Positions 38,939-48,709 of a stretch of 64,000 nt of DNA are shown one piece after another (within the stretch, counting starts at the first letter, position 1; each line of letters starts with the position of its first letter). Below the pieces are notes generated by a model. That model saw only the letters and a program-made list of their open reading frames with translations, searched no databases and was not told the DNA's origin. The translations under genes were made by a program, and so were the position numbers. Origin of the DNA: an uncultured bacterium (GTDB lineage: Bacteria > CAYUVA01); assembly GCA_964448115.1 (NCBI GenBank), contig CAYUVA010000001.1, positions 62,001 to 126,000 of the forward strand, written 5' to 3'.

Positions 38939-40135
38939 ATGGAACAAGACCAACTGCTCGAAAGCCTTGTTCAAAAAGGAGAGACCAGGATACTTTTTTT
39001 CATCCTTGATGGCATCGGAGGGATGTATCCTTCCGAGCTGATGCGGGCAAAAAAACCGAACCTGGATGCCCTTGCCGAGCGATCCCTTTGCGGGGTAATG
39101 GATCCTGTATTGCCTGGAATAACTCCCGGCAGCGGACCTGGTCATCTTGCCCTATTCGGATACGATCCCCTCAAGTACGACTTTGGTCGGGGTGTATTAT
39201 CTGCGCTCGGGGTCGGTTTTGACCTTAAGCCGGATGACCTGGCAGCGCGTATGAATTATGCCACGCTTGACGACAACGGCAATGTGTTGGATCGCAGGGC
39301 ATACAGACCATCTACCGAGGAAAACCGTCGCCTAACCGAGATGCTGAATTCTAACATCAAGCTCAGGCAAGGCTATGAGTTGTTCTTGGTAACCGAGGCA
39401 GAGCACCGGGTGGCGCTGATCATTCGCGGTCCGGGACTTGATTATCGACTAAACGATACGGATCCGCAGAGGACTGGGGTGCCTCCATTGCCCTTGAAGC
39501 CAGGATCCCCAGGATCTGAGCTTGCCGCCGAGCTGGTGAATGATTTTCTGGATCAGGCGCACAAACTACTTAAAAATGAACCTCGAATTAACGGTATCCT
39601 TCTGCGAGGCTTTGCAAAGCGTCCTGACATACCCTCCCTTGCCGAGCGCTTCAAGCTGCGACCGCTTGCCATAGCGCAGTATCCGATGTACCGCGGGATC
39701 TCCCGTCTGCTCGGCATGGAGCTGAGCGAGCCTTACCAGGGCCTTGCCCAGGGATTGCGGATCCTAAAAGATAACTGGGATAGCCACGATTATTTCTTCT
39801 TCCATATAAAAAAGACCGATAGCTACGGCGAGGACGGCAACTTCGATGCTAAGGTGAGTATGATAGAGGAGGTGGATAGCTATATCCCCGCTCTTCTGGA
39901 GTTAAAGCCTGATGTTTTGGTAATCACGGGCGATCACTCCACGCCCTCGCAGCTCAGATCGCATAGCTGGCATCCGGTGCCGGTGTTGCTGCATAGCAAA
40001 TGGGCTAGAGTGGATGGCGTGAAACGATTCGATGAGCTATCTTGCCTTGCTGGTGGCATTGGTCGCATGTCGATGCGCCATTTGATGAGCCTGGCATTGG
40101 CACATGCGCTTCGGCTCAAGAAATTCGGCGCCTAG
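38939..40135 (+). CDS. apgM: 2,3-bisphosphoglycerate-independent phosphoglycerate mutase (ApgM type)
   Basis: ILDGIGG, TPGSGPGHLALFGYDP, HIKKTDSYGEDG, TGDHSTP, HSWHPVP, KKFGA. Confidence 0.93.
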   Translation: MEQDQLLESLVQKGETRILFFILDGIGGMYPSELMRAKKPNLDALAERSLCGVMDPVLPGITPGSGPGHLALFGYDPLKYDFGRGVLSALGVGFDLKPDDLAARMNYATLDDNGNVLDRRAYRPSTEENRRLTEMLNSNIKLRQGYELFLVTEAEHRVALIIRGPGLDYRLNDTDPQRTGVPPLPLKPGSPGSELAAELVNDFLDQAHKLLKNEPRINGILLRGFAKRPDIPSLAERFKLRPLAIAQYPMYRGISRLLGMELSEPYQGLAQGLRILKDNWDSHDYFFFHIKKTDSYGEDGNFDAKVSMIEEVDSYIPALLELKPDVLVITGDHSTPSQLRSHSWHPVPVLLHSKWARVDGVKRFDELSCLAGGIGRMSMRHLMSLALAHALRLKKFGA

Positions 40136-40149
40136 GGCTTGGGATCCCC

Positions 40150-40839
40150 ATGGCTCTACTTGAGGCGAAAAGCCTGGTTTACGAGATCAACCAGGACGGG
40201 AAATCGATGCGACTGATCGATGATCTCCATTTTAAGCTTAGGCATGGGGAGCTTGTACTAATCAAGGGACCATCGGGTGTGGGCAAGAGCACCCTGCTTC
40301 GTCTAATAGCCAGGATGGCGCCCTTGCAGGCTGGTGAGCTTTATCTAAATGGATTAGATAGGCGAAGTGTTTCCGTCTATAAGTGGCGCAGCCTGGTAAC
40401 AATGATAGCTCAACAGCCGATAATGCTGGAGGGAACGGTGAAGGATAATCTTCTTTTTCCCTGGAGCCTGCGCATCCACTCTCATCACCCAACATCCTCC
40501 AGCGAAAGAAAACAGGCTCCAAGCCATGAAATAATGCGCCAGGAGCTTGATGCGCTCGGACTTGATGACATTGACATTTCCCGCAACGCAGCCGAGCTTT
40601 CAACAGGCCAGGCTGCACGCATCGCCTTGGTCAGGAGTTTGCTTGCCGATCCGCTCGTGCTGCTGCTCGATGAGCCGACAGCGAACCTGGACGAGGATTC
40701 CGCTACACTGGTGATGAGGAGGCTTGAGAGGTTCGTTTCTTCGGGCAAAGGAGCCATAGCGGTGCAACACGCCGAGGTGCCAGTGCAAGGCGCGCATCGG
40801 GTGCTCTATCTACGAGAGGGAAAGCTCGTTGAATTATAA
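40150..40839 (+). CDS. fetA: ABC transporter ATP-binding protein (FetA/YbbL-like)
   Basis: Walker A GPSGVGKST, signature LSTGQ, Walker B LLLDEPT. Confidence 0.8.
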   Translation: MALLEAKSLVYEINQDGKSMRLIDDLHFKLRHGELVLIKGPSGVGKSTLLRLIARMAPLQAGELYLNGLDRRSVSVYKWRSLVTMIAQQPIMLEGTVKDNLLFPWSLRIHSHHPTSSSERKQAPSHEIMRQELDALGLDDIDISRNAAELSTGQAARIALVRSLLADPLVLLLDEPTANLDEDSATLVMRRLERFVSSGKGAIAVQHAEVPVQGAHRVLYLREGKLVEL

Positions 40840-41620
40840 TAAATTAGAAGGCTTGATCGACATAGGCAACCTGGAGCTTGCCCTTGCTGCCTTGATGATC
40901 CTGGTTGCAGCCATAATATCACTGTTGCTTTCTTTGGGGCTGGTTCGCTCGCTGCTCATTGCCACAGCGAGGACGTTTATACAACTGCTGGCGCTTGGTT
41001 TCATTCTGCGCTGGCTTTTTACAATGGAGAGAGCCTACATCGTCATTGGGATGATGATCTTCATGTGCATAATGGCAGCCCAGACATCGCTAGCCAGGGT
41101 CAAGGCATCGCCAGGGAAGCTCTATTTAAATACCTTTGTCTCCATAATGCTCTCTGGGTTCATATTCAGCTTTTTCCTTTTGGCAGTGATAATAAATGTG
41201 GAGCCATGGTATAAAGCCAGGTACCTAATACCGCTGGGCGGCATGGTGATAGGCAACTCGATGAACGGGCTTTCAATTGGCCTGGATCGCCTTTTCAGCG
41301 ACTTGCGTTCCCGTCGCCATGAGGTCGAGATGATACTTGCTCTGGGTGGAACCAGGTGGGAATCATCGCTGAAGAGCATCAGGAGCGCAGTTGCAGCGGG
41401 TATGATACCGACCATCAATGCCATGAGCGCGGTGGGGCTGGTGCATGTCCCCGGCATGATGACCGGCCAGGTGCTCGCCGGCGCAGACCCGATAATCGCC
41501 GCCAAGTATCAGATTCTTATCATGCTTACCCTGACCGCAGCCACCGCATTCTCAATGATAATGGCGCTACTGCTCCTTTACCGCCGAGCCTTCAGCGCCG
41601 AGGCGATATTCAGGCTTTAG
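40829..41620 (+). CDS. fetB: UPF0014 ABC permease (FetB/YbbM)
   Basis: RTFIQL, RYLIPLGGMVIGNSM, GLVHVPGMMTGQVLAGADP..AAKYQ. Confidence 0.88.
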   Translation: MNYNKLEGLIDIGNLELALAALMILVAAIISLLLSLGLVRSLLIATARTFIQLLALGFILRWLFTMERAYIVIGMMIFMCIMAAQTSLARVKASPGKLYLNTFVSIMLSGFIFSFFLLAVIINVEPWYKARYLIPLGGMVIGNSMNGLSIGLDRLFSDLRSRRHEVEMILALGGTRWESSLKSIRSAVAAGMIPTINAMSAVGLVHVPGMMTGQVLAGADPIIAAKYQILIMLTLTAATAFSMIMALLLLYRRAFSAEAIFRL

Positions 41621-41647
41621 CCTTTTAGTAAGATAGCAAATATTCCC

Positions 41648-41676
41648 TTGACTGGACAGTTTGACCAATTTATAAT
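41648..41676 (+). promoter_or_regulatory. Sigma70 promoter
   Basis: TTGACT-N17-TATAAT upstream of ATG 41727. Confidence 0.65.
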
Positions 41677-41726
41677 GCAGCGTGTCATAAAAGATGTAAA
41701 CAAGCTTGTAACTTGATAAAGGAGCG

Positions 41727-42794
41727 ATGCAAATGGCTGAAGCGAAACCGAAAAGCCTGGTAACCGGAAGCACCGGCTTCATGGGCACCAGGATGGTAGA
41801 GATTCTTCACCAGGCTGGACATGATATCCTGGCGACCGACCTTGCCTGGTGCTATGAGAAGGATGACAAGAAGCGGGGCAGGTTCCCCAGCGTGCTAAAA
41901 GAACTTGGCGTGAAGTTTATCGCATCCAATATGACCGATAGCGCATCCTTAAAGGATCTGGTCAAGGATGTTGACTATGTATTTCATATCGCTGCCATAT
42001 TCAACTACACGGCGCCTTATGAGCTTCTCTACAAGGTTAATGTGGAGGGGACCAGGCACCTGTGCGAGTACCTTTTGCTCTCCAAGAAGCTCAAAAGGCT
42101 GGTGCTCTGGGGGGCTGGCGGCGTCTATGGCTTTGTGAAAAAGAAAGACCTCCCCATAACCGAGGATATGCCGCATAATCCGCCCAATGACTATCTCCGC
42201 TCCAAGTCAGAGCAGGAGAAACTGGTAATGGAAATGGGGGCTAACAAAGGGCTGCCGTACAGCATCATCAGACCGACCACGGTCTATGGACCCCGAGCGG
42301 TCTATGGCGGAGGACAACTAGTGATGATGGCAGCGACCCAGAAGGTGTCCGTTATGCCGATGAACTTCAAGTTCCGCATACCCTTTGTCCATGTCGATGA
42401 TGTCTGCCGGGCTGCGCTGCACCTGGCGACCAATGACAAGGCAAAGAACGAGGCATACAATCTGAACGATGACAGCCAAATGACCTACATCGACTACTTC
42501 AAGTACATGGCTGAGTTGCGGGGCAACAAGTTCGTGCTGCTGCCCTTCCCCGTGTTCCCGGAGCTTATCAAGCCGCTCGCCATTCCTGCGGTTAAGCTGT
42601 TCCAGAGCATCCACCGCAAGCTGTCCGAGCTGCCTGCTCCCATCGAGGCACCTAGCCTGGAGTTCCTGGGCAGGGATTTCACCTACAGCAACCAGAAGCT
42701 GAAGGACACCGGATATAAGTTCGTCTATCCAGATGCAAGGGATGGCTTGAAGGACACCGTGATCTGGTACGAGAAACATGGGTGGATAAAATAA
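41727..42794 (+). CDS. NAD-dependent epimerase/dehydratase (extended SDR)
   Basis: TGSTGFMG, YLRSK (YxxxK), RPTTVYGP. Confidence 0.9.
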   Translation: MQMAEAKPKSLVTGSTGFMGTRMVEILHQAGHDILATDLAWCYEKDDKKRGRFPSVLKELGVKFIASNMTDSASLKDLVKDVDYVFHIAAIFNYTAPYELLYKVNVEGTRHLCEYLLLSKKLKRLVLWGAGGVYGFVKKKDLPITEDMPHNPPNDYLRSKSEQEKLVMEMGANKGLPYSIIRPTTVYGPRAVYGGGQLVMMAATQKVSVMPMNFKFRIPFVHVDDVCRAALHLATNDKAKNEAYNLNDDSQMTYIDYFKYMAELRGNKFVLLPFPVFPELIKPLAIPAVKLFQSIHRKLSELPAPIEAPSLEFLGRDFTYSNQKLKDTGYKFVYPDARDGLKDTVIWYEKHGWIK

Positions 42795-42870
42795 CCAGGG
42801 CTTAAGGCAATAGACCTATCGATGAATGTAACCATAATGATGATAACAATCTTACAAGGAGTGATGTAAA

Positions 42871-43479
42871 ATGCCCGAAGCAAAGGCTAAGAACGAAAAT
42901 ATCCCCCTTGCCCCCGATGGCAAGCGATATACCTACGAGACCCTGGCGCTGGCGACCAATGCCGAGCTTGAGGAAGTGATGCGAAAAGGCATCAAGCCGG
43001 ATATGAAAGAGCTGGTCGGATGGGAGTTCAAGGGCTTCAACAGCCTAAAGCTCACCAAGATACTCGGTTTCCAGAAGTTCAAGAAGGGATTCTACCAGAA
43101 GAATGTGGATCAACCGATCGAAGACGGCATCGATGGCTACAATGTCAAGGTGGAGCAGAACAACCTCGGCGAGGAGTGGATCGATGTGATGACAAAGAAG
43201 GGGGAATCCTTCAAGCATGGCTGGTTCGATGTATATCCGGTCGATCTAAAGGAGCCTGATAACTACTACCCCAACGCCCTGCTGCTCAACTACGACAGCA
43301 AGACCAATCCAACATTAGACCCCAGTCGCGTGCTTCGAGACTACCTGGTGCAGGTCTATCCTGATAACAAGGACTTGTATCTAGGCAAGGCTTATGTAGC
43401 ATTGGGTCCTATTCGATTTTGCGTATCTTACTTCGTGTTGGAGCGCAACAACAAATCTGCTTTGACTTCAAAGAAATAG
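42871..43479 (+). CDS. Hypothetical protein
   Basis: Strong RBS AAGGAG and host-like codon style; motifs KFKKGF, LLLNY, RDYLVQV, LYLGKAY; function not recognised. Confidence 0.8.
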   Translation: MPEAKAKNENIPLAPDGKRYTYETLALATNAELEEVMRKGIKPDMKELVGWEFKGFNSLKLTKILGFQKFKKGFYQKNVDQPIEDGIDGYNVKVEQNNLGEEWIDVMTKKGESFKHGWFDVYPVDLKEPDNYYPNALLLNYDSKTNPTLDPSRVLRDYLVQVYPDNKDLYLGKAYVALGPIRFCVSYFVLERNNKSALTSKK

Positions 43480-43675
43480 CATACCCCACAAGCCATCCAC
43501 TGTTCGGGCAGGCTTATCCCTCGCGCCTGCCCGATAGGATGGCAACTTTTTTAGTAGGGGCTAGTCACGAATTGCCCCTATCTGGAGTTTGGCGGTTTGG
43601 ACTTAGATTATTAACCCACCAACTCCAGATCCTCTTCTTCCCCTCCAAGCAGAGTTTATCTCAAAACCCCCAGCA

Positions 43676-43769
43676 TGTCATTGCGAGGAGTCCCGGCAAG
43701 TCGGGACGACAAAGCAATCTTCTTTATAATCAATAAGATAGAGATTGCTTCGCTTTGCTCGCAATGACA
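43676..43769. repeat. REP/MITE-like palindromic element
   Basis: TGTCATTGCGAG...AAGCAATCT and AGATTGCTT...CTCGCAATGACA inverted arms; partial copy at 11905-11957. Confidence 0.85.
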
Positions 43770-43777
43770 GGGTATGG

Positions 43778-44208
43778 AAAAACAACACCTGAATCCATCC
43801 GGGTTTTGCGGAGAATCGCCTGCCCTTGAAAAGGTCTCGATTGTGATTGAGGGAAGTTGGACCCTTGACAAGGCATGTCTAATTATGTTAGGGAAGCCTA
43901 AGTATGGATCTTCAAACTAGAATAAGGGACATAAGGATGACAAAACAGCACCTGCATTCATCCAGGTTTTGCGGAGAATCGCCTGCCCTTGAAAAGGTCT
44001 CGATTGTGATTGAGGGAAGTTGGACCCTTGACAAGGCATGTCTAATTATGTTAGGGAAACCTAAGTATGGGTCTTCAAACTAGAATAAGGGACATAAGGA
44101 TGACAAAACAACACCTGAATTCATCCAGGTGTTGCGGAGGATCACCGGCCTTTGAAAAGGTCTCGATTGTGATTAAGGGAAGTTGGATCCTTGACGAGGC
44201 ATGTCTAA
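43778..44208. repeat. 163-bp tandem repeat, about 2.6 copies
   Basis: GAAAAGGTCTCGATTGTGATT recurs at 43828, 43991 and 44154 (period 163); copies differ by scattered substitutions. Confidence 0.95.
43888..43901. promoter_or_regulatory. Putative DtxR/MntR-family operator (TTAGG-N4-CCTAA); second copy at 44051-44064
   Basis: TTAGGGAAGCCTAA and TTAGGGAAACCTAA palindromes upstream of a metal/haem uptake cassette. Confidence 0.5.
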
Positions 44209-44504
44209 ATATTTTGCATTTAAGATCGGCTTTAGGGGTGAACTTCTCGGCGGGGCTGATGCCGTGAGTGTCGGGTTTTTTTCAATATCTTGGACAGCAA
44301 GATATATGACCTCGATATGTATGGAAGCCTTGCCTCAGAGGACGAGCAACTTGATGGGACCACCATTATCCCAGGTATAGGATCATGTATGGATTAATCA
44401 GGATAACGAAATTACAGAAAATGGAAGTCATTTTAGATAGATCAATGATGCTAGGGAACACGAGGCTGAGACCTCAAATAAACTCGTAACAGGAGGAAGT
44501 AAAG

Positions 44505-45239
44505 ATGTTTAAAAAACAAAGGTTGTCGAGGAAGCTGTTGGTTTTTTCCTTATTACTGGCAGCGATCGTTCTCCCTCTAATGTTTCTTGGGTGCAGCGAT
44601 GATGATGACAATGACAATGAAACCAGTTACAACTGGTTGACAAGTCCCTATCTGATCTGCGCGGCTAGAAACCCCGGCGGAGTAGTGTTCGACTTTGTTT
44701 TAAATGGTGAAAAAGGCGGTGCGGTAAATCTTGACGAGTATCCAGATTTCGACTGGGACCTTCTGGTTAAGGTCTTCAAATGCGAAAACATCGAAGGAGA
44801 GGTGAAGGGATTTCCGTTTGCAGACCTTCATGGTGATGTTGATGTATTAGATGCCGCACTTGGCATTGATGCCAGCAGCCTTGACGATATCGGCACGGGA
44901 AACGAAGGCTACAATGCTGTAACCTATGTTTCCTCCGATATCCTGAATGGTTTGGCTGCCGATGAAGCCGGTTTCGATCCCGACAGCGTTCCGGCTGGTG
45001 AGACCGGTTATCCTTTGTATAGTGGACCAGACGGCATGAAGGCTCAATATGATAAACTGGTCATAGGAGAAAAGTGGAAAGCAACAGCTAAAACCGGCGA
45101 TCTGAGCGGTCCCAGTGGCGATGAGAAGGTTTGGGTCATTGAGACCAAGGAGGGACGCCATGTCAAACTGATGTTTGAGGCTTTTCCGGCAAACGGGGAA
45201 AAAGGGTATGTTGCCATCAAATGGGATCTAATTGATTAG
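44505..45239 (+). CDS. HmuY-like lipoprotein
   Basis: Lipobox FLGC followed by acidic SDDDD; C-terminal VWVIETKEGRHVKL...GYVAIKW typical of HmuY; RBS AGGAGG. Confidence 0.75.
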   Translation: MFKKQRLSRKLLVFSLLLAAIVLPLMFLGCSDDDDNDNETSYNWLTSPYLICAARNPGGVVFDFVLNGEKGGAVNLDEYPDFDWDLLVKVFKCENIEGEVKGFPFADLHGDVDVLDAALGIDASSLDDIGTGNEGYNAVTYVSSDILNGLAADEAGFDPDSVPAGETGYPLYSGPDGMKAQYDKLVIGEKWKATAKTGDLSGPSGDEKVWVIETKEGRHVKLMFEAFPANGEKGYVAIKWDLID

Positions 45240-45305
45240 AGGATTGTTATCTTCACGAGATTGCCCTCAATGCTAGATCACAAAAACCCAATTCCTGCCT
45301 TAATT

Positions 45306-45339
45306 AGAGGAAATTCCCCTTGTGAGGGGAGTTTCCTCT
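45306..45339 (+). terminator. Intergenic hairpin / probable terminator or mRNA stabiliser
   Basis: AGAGGAAATTCCCCT-TGTG-AGGGGAGTTTCCTCT followed by a T-rich tract. Confidence 0.7.
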
Positions 45340-45381
45340 GCATTTATTTTTTGTTAACGAAGATAGGAAGGGAATAGAAAT

Positions 45382-47715
45382 ATGTTCGGAAAAAAATTAG
45401 CACCGGCGACATTCTTTTACATAATATTCCTAATACTTATGACCACTGATGTTGGATATTCCCAGCCCGTCAAACATAAAATTATCACAGGAACAGTCTA
45501 TAATGCCCAGACCAATCAGCCTGTTAGTGGTGTTGAATTATATTTCGCGCACTCCGATATCAAGACTGAATCCAATAGAAATGGACATTTCAAACTGGAA
45601 GTAAAACTTGTTGGAGGAAAAGGCGCGGGGTATCTCATTATCTATCATCCTGCCTTCAAAAAGGAAGTTATAAAACTTCGTCCCCGAGGGACTTATAAAG
45701 ACTTGGAAATATTCCTTATTCCAGTAGCACAAATGAAAGTGGTTGTTACCGCTACGAGAAACGAAAAGCAAGTTATGGATATCCCTGCGGCATCTTATGT
45801 AATGGAACGTGACGAGGTCACCGAGGAGATAGCTTCGAATCTGACCGACCTTCTCGATAAAACTCCCGGATTTACGCAGATCTGGGAATACCATTCTCCT
45901 CTCGTGATGAGAGGACTGAACAGCAAGCGCCTTGTAGTATTGAAGAATGGTAATCGTTGCATCGGCAGCTTTCCCGGTGGATTCATGGGACAGGCGCTGA
46001 ATGTATATAATGTCGAGCGTATAGAAATTATCCGGGGACCGGCTTCGGTGATGTACGGTACGGGGGCTATCGCAGGTGTGATAAATATTATTTCTCCCGA
46101 TCCCTTTAAAATAAGGGGATTTCGTACACGGCTTGAGGGAGGCTTCGGCAGCAATAACCTGGAGCGTATCGGACTAGCAGGGTTTAGCTGGGCTAGCAGT
46201 AAACTTGCTTGTATGGTGACAGGAAAATGGAGGAAGGCAGATGAATATAAATTCGGGGACCGAACAACGGCAAGGTTCAGTTGGTTTGAAGATAAGGATA
46301 TCGCTGCCCATGCAGGGTGGAAACTCAACGACAATCACACCTTTTTGCTGGACTTCGATATGCACTTCGGCGGACCCTGGGGGAAGCCGGAAGGATTTAA
46401 CAACAAAGAAAATTTGAAAGTCTTCAATGAAGAGGAGTCCTGGCACATTGCCCCGAGTTATACAATCGAAGATATAGGGTTATTAAACAAGTTATCCATA
46501 TCATTATATTATGACAGCAACCACAGGGATTATCATAAGTGCAAATTGACGGAGACCGATATGATAAGCTCGGAGGAGATAGTTGAATACGAATATCCGT
46601 ATGGCGGTGGAAGTATTTATGCTTCCCTTGCTCCTTTAGAGAACCTCCTTGTCAGCGTGGGTCTTGATGGTTACGCATTTCGGATATCAAGCCCCTCGAC
46701 CGAATACGATTATATAAAAGATATCACTACTGAAAAACCCGGAGTTAAAAATGCCGGCATAACCTCCGGAGGAATATTCTCCCAGGTTGAATGGGATACC
46801 ATACCGGAGGAGCTTTCGTTCATTGCCGGACTTCGTTATGACATCGCCGCGGTTACCGAAGGTGATAATCCCGCTGAAGAAGGAGAAAAAACTAGAGAAG
46901 AACAGCGCGATGCTGTCAGTGGCAATGTAGGGGTCATCTGGCATCCAATAGAAATGACCAGTCTGACCTTCAATGCAGGCAGAGCTTTCCGCATGCCGAA
47001 TGCCGCCGAGATGTTTACCAAAACGGTCTCCTGTATAGGCATCAAGGAGGGAAACCCGGATATCGAGCCAGAATATAGCTGGAATTTCGATCTGGGGTTT
47101 CGCGGAAATATTAAGAGTCTAGATTTCGATGTTTCGTTGTTTATGATCTTTTTAGATGACCTCATCGCTTTAGAATTAATTGAGGATGAGGACACAGACA
47201 CCGACTATTATACTTACACGAATGTTTCCAAAGCCAGGATCCTTGGCGGCGAAGCGAGCGTGTCATATTTATTCCATATTGGAAAGGGACATCATGTCGT
47301 GCCAAGATTTTCGGCAGTTTACACTTATGGCGCGGATGTAAGCGGGAAGAATTTTCTGGATTCGGGAGGTCCTATACACGGCATACCTCCCCTCCGTTTG
47401 CGAGGATCATTGAGGTATGTGGCAAACTTCGGGCAGCTAGCAAGGTTCTTTTTAGAGACGGAGGTTGATCACTCATTCGAGCAAGATCGCGTACCCGAGG
47501 ACTGCTCAAATTCATGGGGATCCGAACCATCGGATGCATACACGCTATTCGGATTGGCATCGGGATTGGGCTTCCCAAATATTCCAGGAAAACCGTCTAT
47601 AAATTTAAGAATTAAGAATCTTCTTGATGAGGATTACAAACCGTTTGGCTCATATATCCCGGGAATGGGGATAAACATGAAATTTCTTGTACAGTTAAAC
47701 TTTCTTATAAAATAG
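45382..47715 (+). CDS. TonB-dependent receptor with an N-terminal CarboxypepD-reg-like extension
   Basis: VVVTATR, plug motif VERIEIIRGPASVMYGTGAIAGVINII, GRAFRMP, NPDIEPE, KNLLDEDY. Confidence 0.95.
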   Translation: MFGKKLAPATFFYIIFLILMTTDVGYSQPVKHKIITGTVYNAQTNQPVSGVELYFAHSDIKTESNRNGHFKLEVKLVGGKGAGYLIIYHPAFKKEVIKLRPRGTYKDLEIFLIPVAQMKVVVTATRNEKQVMDIPAASYVMERDEVTEEIASNLTDLLDKTPGFTQIWEYHSPLVMRGLNSKRLVVLKNGNRCIGSFPGGFMGQALNVYNVERIEIIRGPASVMYGTGAIAGVINIISPDPFKIRGFRTRLEGGFGSNNLERIGLAGFSWASSKLACMVTGKWRKADEYKFGDRTTARFSWFEDKDIAAHAGWKLNDNHTFLLDFDMHFGGPWGKPEGFNNKENLKVFNEEESWHIAPSYTIEDIGLLNKLSISLYYDSNHRDYHKCKLTETDMISSEEIVEYEYPYGGGSIYASLAPLENLLVSVGLDGYAFRISSPSTEYDYIKDITTEKPGVKNAGITSGGIFSQVEWDTIPEELSFIAGLRYDIAAVTEGDNPAEEGEKTREEQRDAVSGNVGVIWHPIEMTSLTFNAGRAFRMPNAAEMFTKTVSCIGIKEGNPDIEPEYSWNFDLGFRGNIKSLDFDVSLFMIFLDDLIALELIEDEDTDTDYYTYTNVSKARILGGEASVSYLFHIGKGHHVVPRFSAVYTYGADVSGKNFLDSGGPIHGIPPLRLRGSLRYVANFGQLARFFLETEVDHSFEQDRVPEDCSNSWGSEPSDAYTLFGLASGLGFPNIPGKPSINLRIKNLLDEDYKPFGSYIPGMGINMKFLVQLNFLIK

Positions 47716-47775
47716 AAGGGAGATAGGTTAGCTATAGAATAACTGAAACAAAGAACAACCGAGAAAGGAGAAATT

Positions 47776-48699
47776 ATGTTGAGAATCAGTCATCAATTAT
47801 GCCATTTTTCCAAGACATTATCGGTTATGGTTTTGTTGTTGTTTCTCAGCCTGGATATTGCTTTTGCAGCCGAGAAGACGGGGTTGCTTATTATTGCACA
47901 TGGCTCGCATGATGCCAAGTGGACTAAGCCGATTCTTGAGTTGGAGAAACAGGTGGAGAAGATCCTTTTTGAAAAGGAGGATAATCCTTTCAGCAAGGTA
48001 AAAGTCGCTTTTTTAGAGTCGGAGCCATTGATCAGTTCAGTTGCGAATGAGTTTGAGAAATGTAATGTAGGGAAAATCTATGTGATACCGCTTTTTATCG
48101 CTCCCTCATGCCACTCCCAATTAGATGTTCCCGCTGTCCTTGGAATATATAGCGAGCCTGGAATGAGGAAGGCTTTGCTGGGGGAGGGGACTGAAATCGT
48201 TGATGCGAATGTAAGTTTCGTTCTGGGACCCACGATGAACTTCGGTGATCTTCTTCGAGAAGTCATGCTCGATAGGGTCAAAGAGCTCTCTGAAAACCCG
48301 GAATCCGAGGCGGTGGTGATCCTGGCGCATGGCTGTAAATGCTTCAGACCGAAATGGGAGAAAACCTGCCTTAAGGTAGGCGCCTATATATGCGCAAAAA
48401 CGGGTATTGAATTTTTCGACTACGCTTTTGTCGAGGTGGGACAGGCATTCATGTCTGATGGTCTCCATACAATTTTTCACACCTTGGATAAGTATAAAAG
48501 GGTATTGGTTGTTGGGATGTTCCTCGCTATCAGTCCGCAAAAGATCGCAAAGGATACATCTATTAAGGTTGGCAAGTTTGAGATGAAAGGCAAAAAATTC
48601 CTTGAGCATGAAGATGTCATATTCTCCAAAAAAGCGATTTTGCCTGATGAACGAGTAGCCAAATGGATCGTGGATACCGCAATAGAGATGACAAAGTAA
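47776..48699 (+). CDS. Exported CbiX/SirB-family chelatase
   Basis: Signal peptide ending IAFA; LLIIAHGS, AFLE..P, PLFIAPSCH, and a second domain with ILAHG. Confidence 0.85.
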   Translation: MLRISHQLCHFSKTLSVMVLLLFLSLDIAFAAEKTGLLIIAHGSHDAKWTKPILELEKQVEKILFEKEDNPFSKVKVAFLESEPLISSVANEFEKCNVGKIYVIPLFIAPSCHSQLDVPAVLGIYSEPGMRKALLGEGTEIVDANVSFVLGPTMNFGDLLREVMLDRVKELSENPESEAVVILAHGCKCFRPKWEKTCLKVGAYICAKTGIEFFDYAFVEVGQAFMSDGLHTIFHTLDKYKRVLVVGMFLAISPQKIAKDTSIKVGKFEMKGKKFLEHEDVIFSKKAILPDERVAKWIVDTAIEMTK

Positions 48700-48709
48700 G
48701 GAGGAAAAT

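Noticed and set aside
44210-44500. Cobalamin or fluoride riboswitch upstream of the HmuY/TonB/CbiX cassette
   Set aside because: No B12-box or conserved core is visible; GCTGATG alone is not sufficient.
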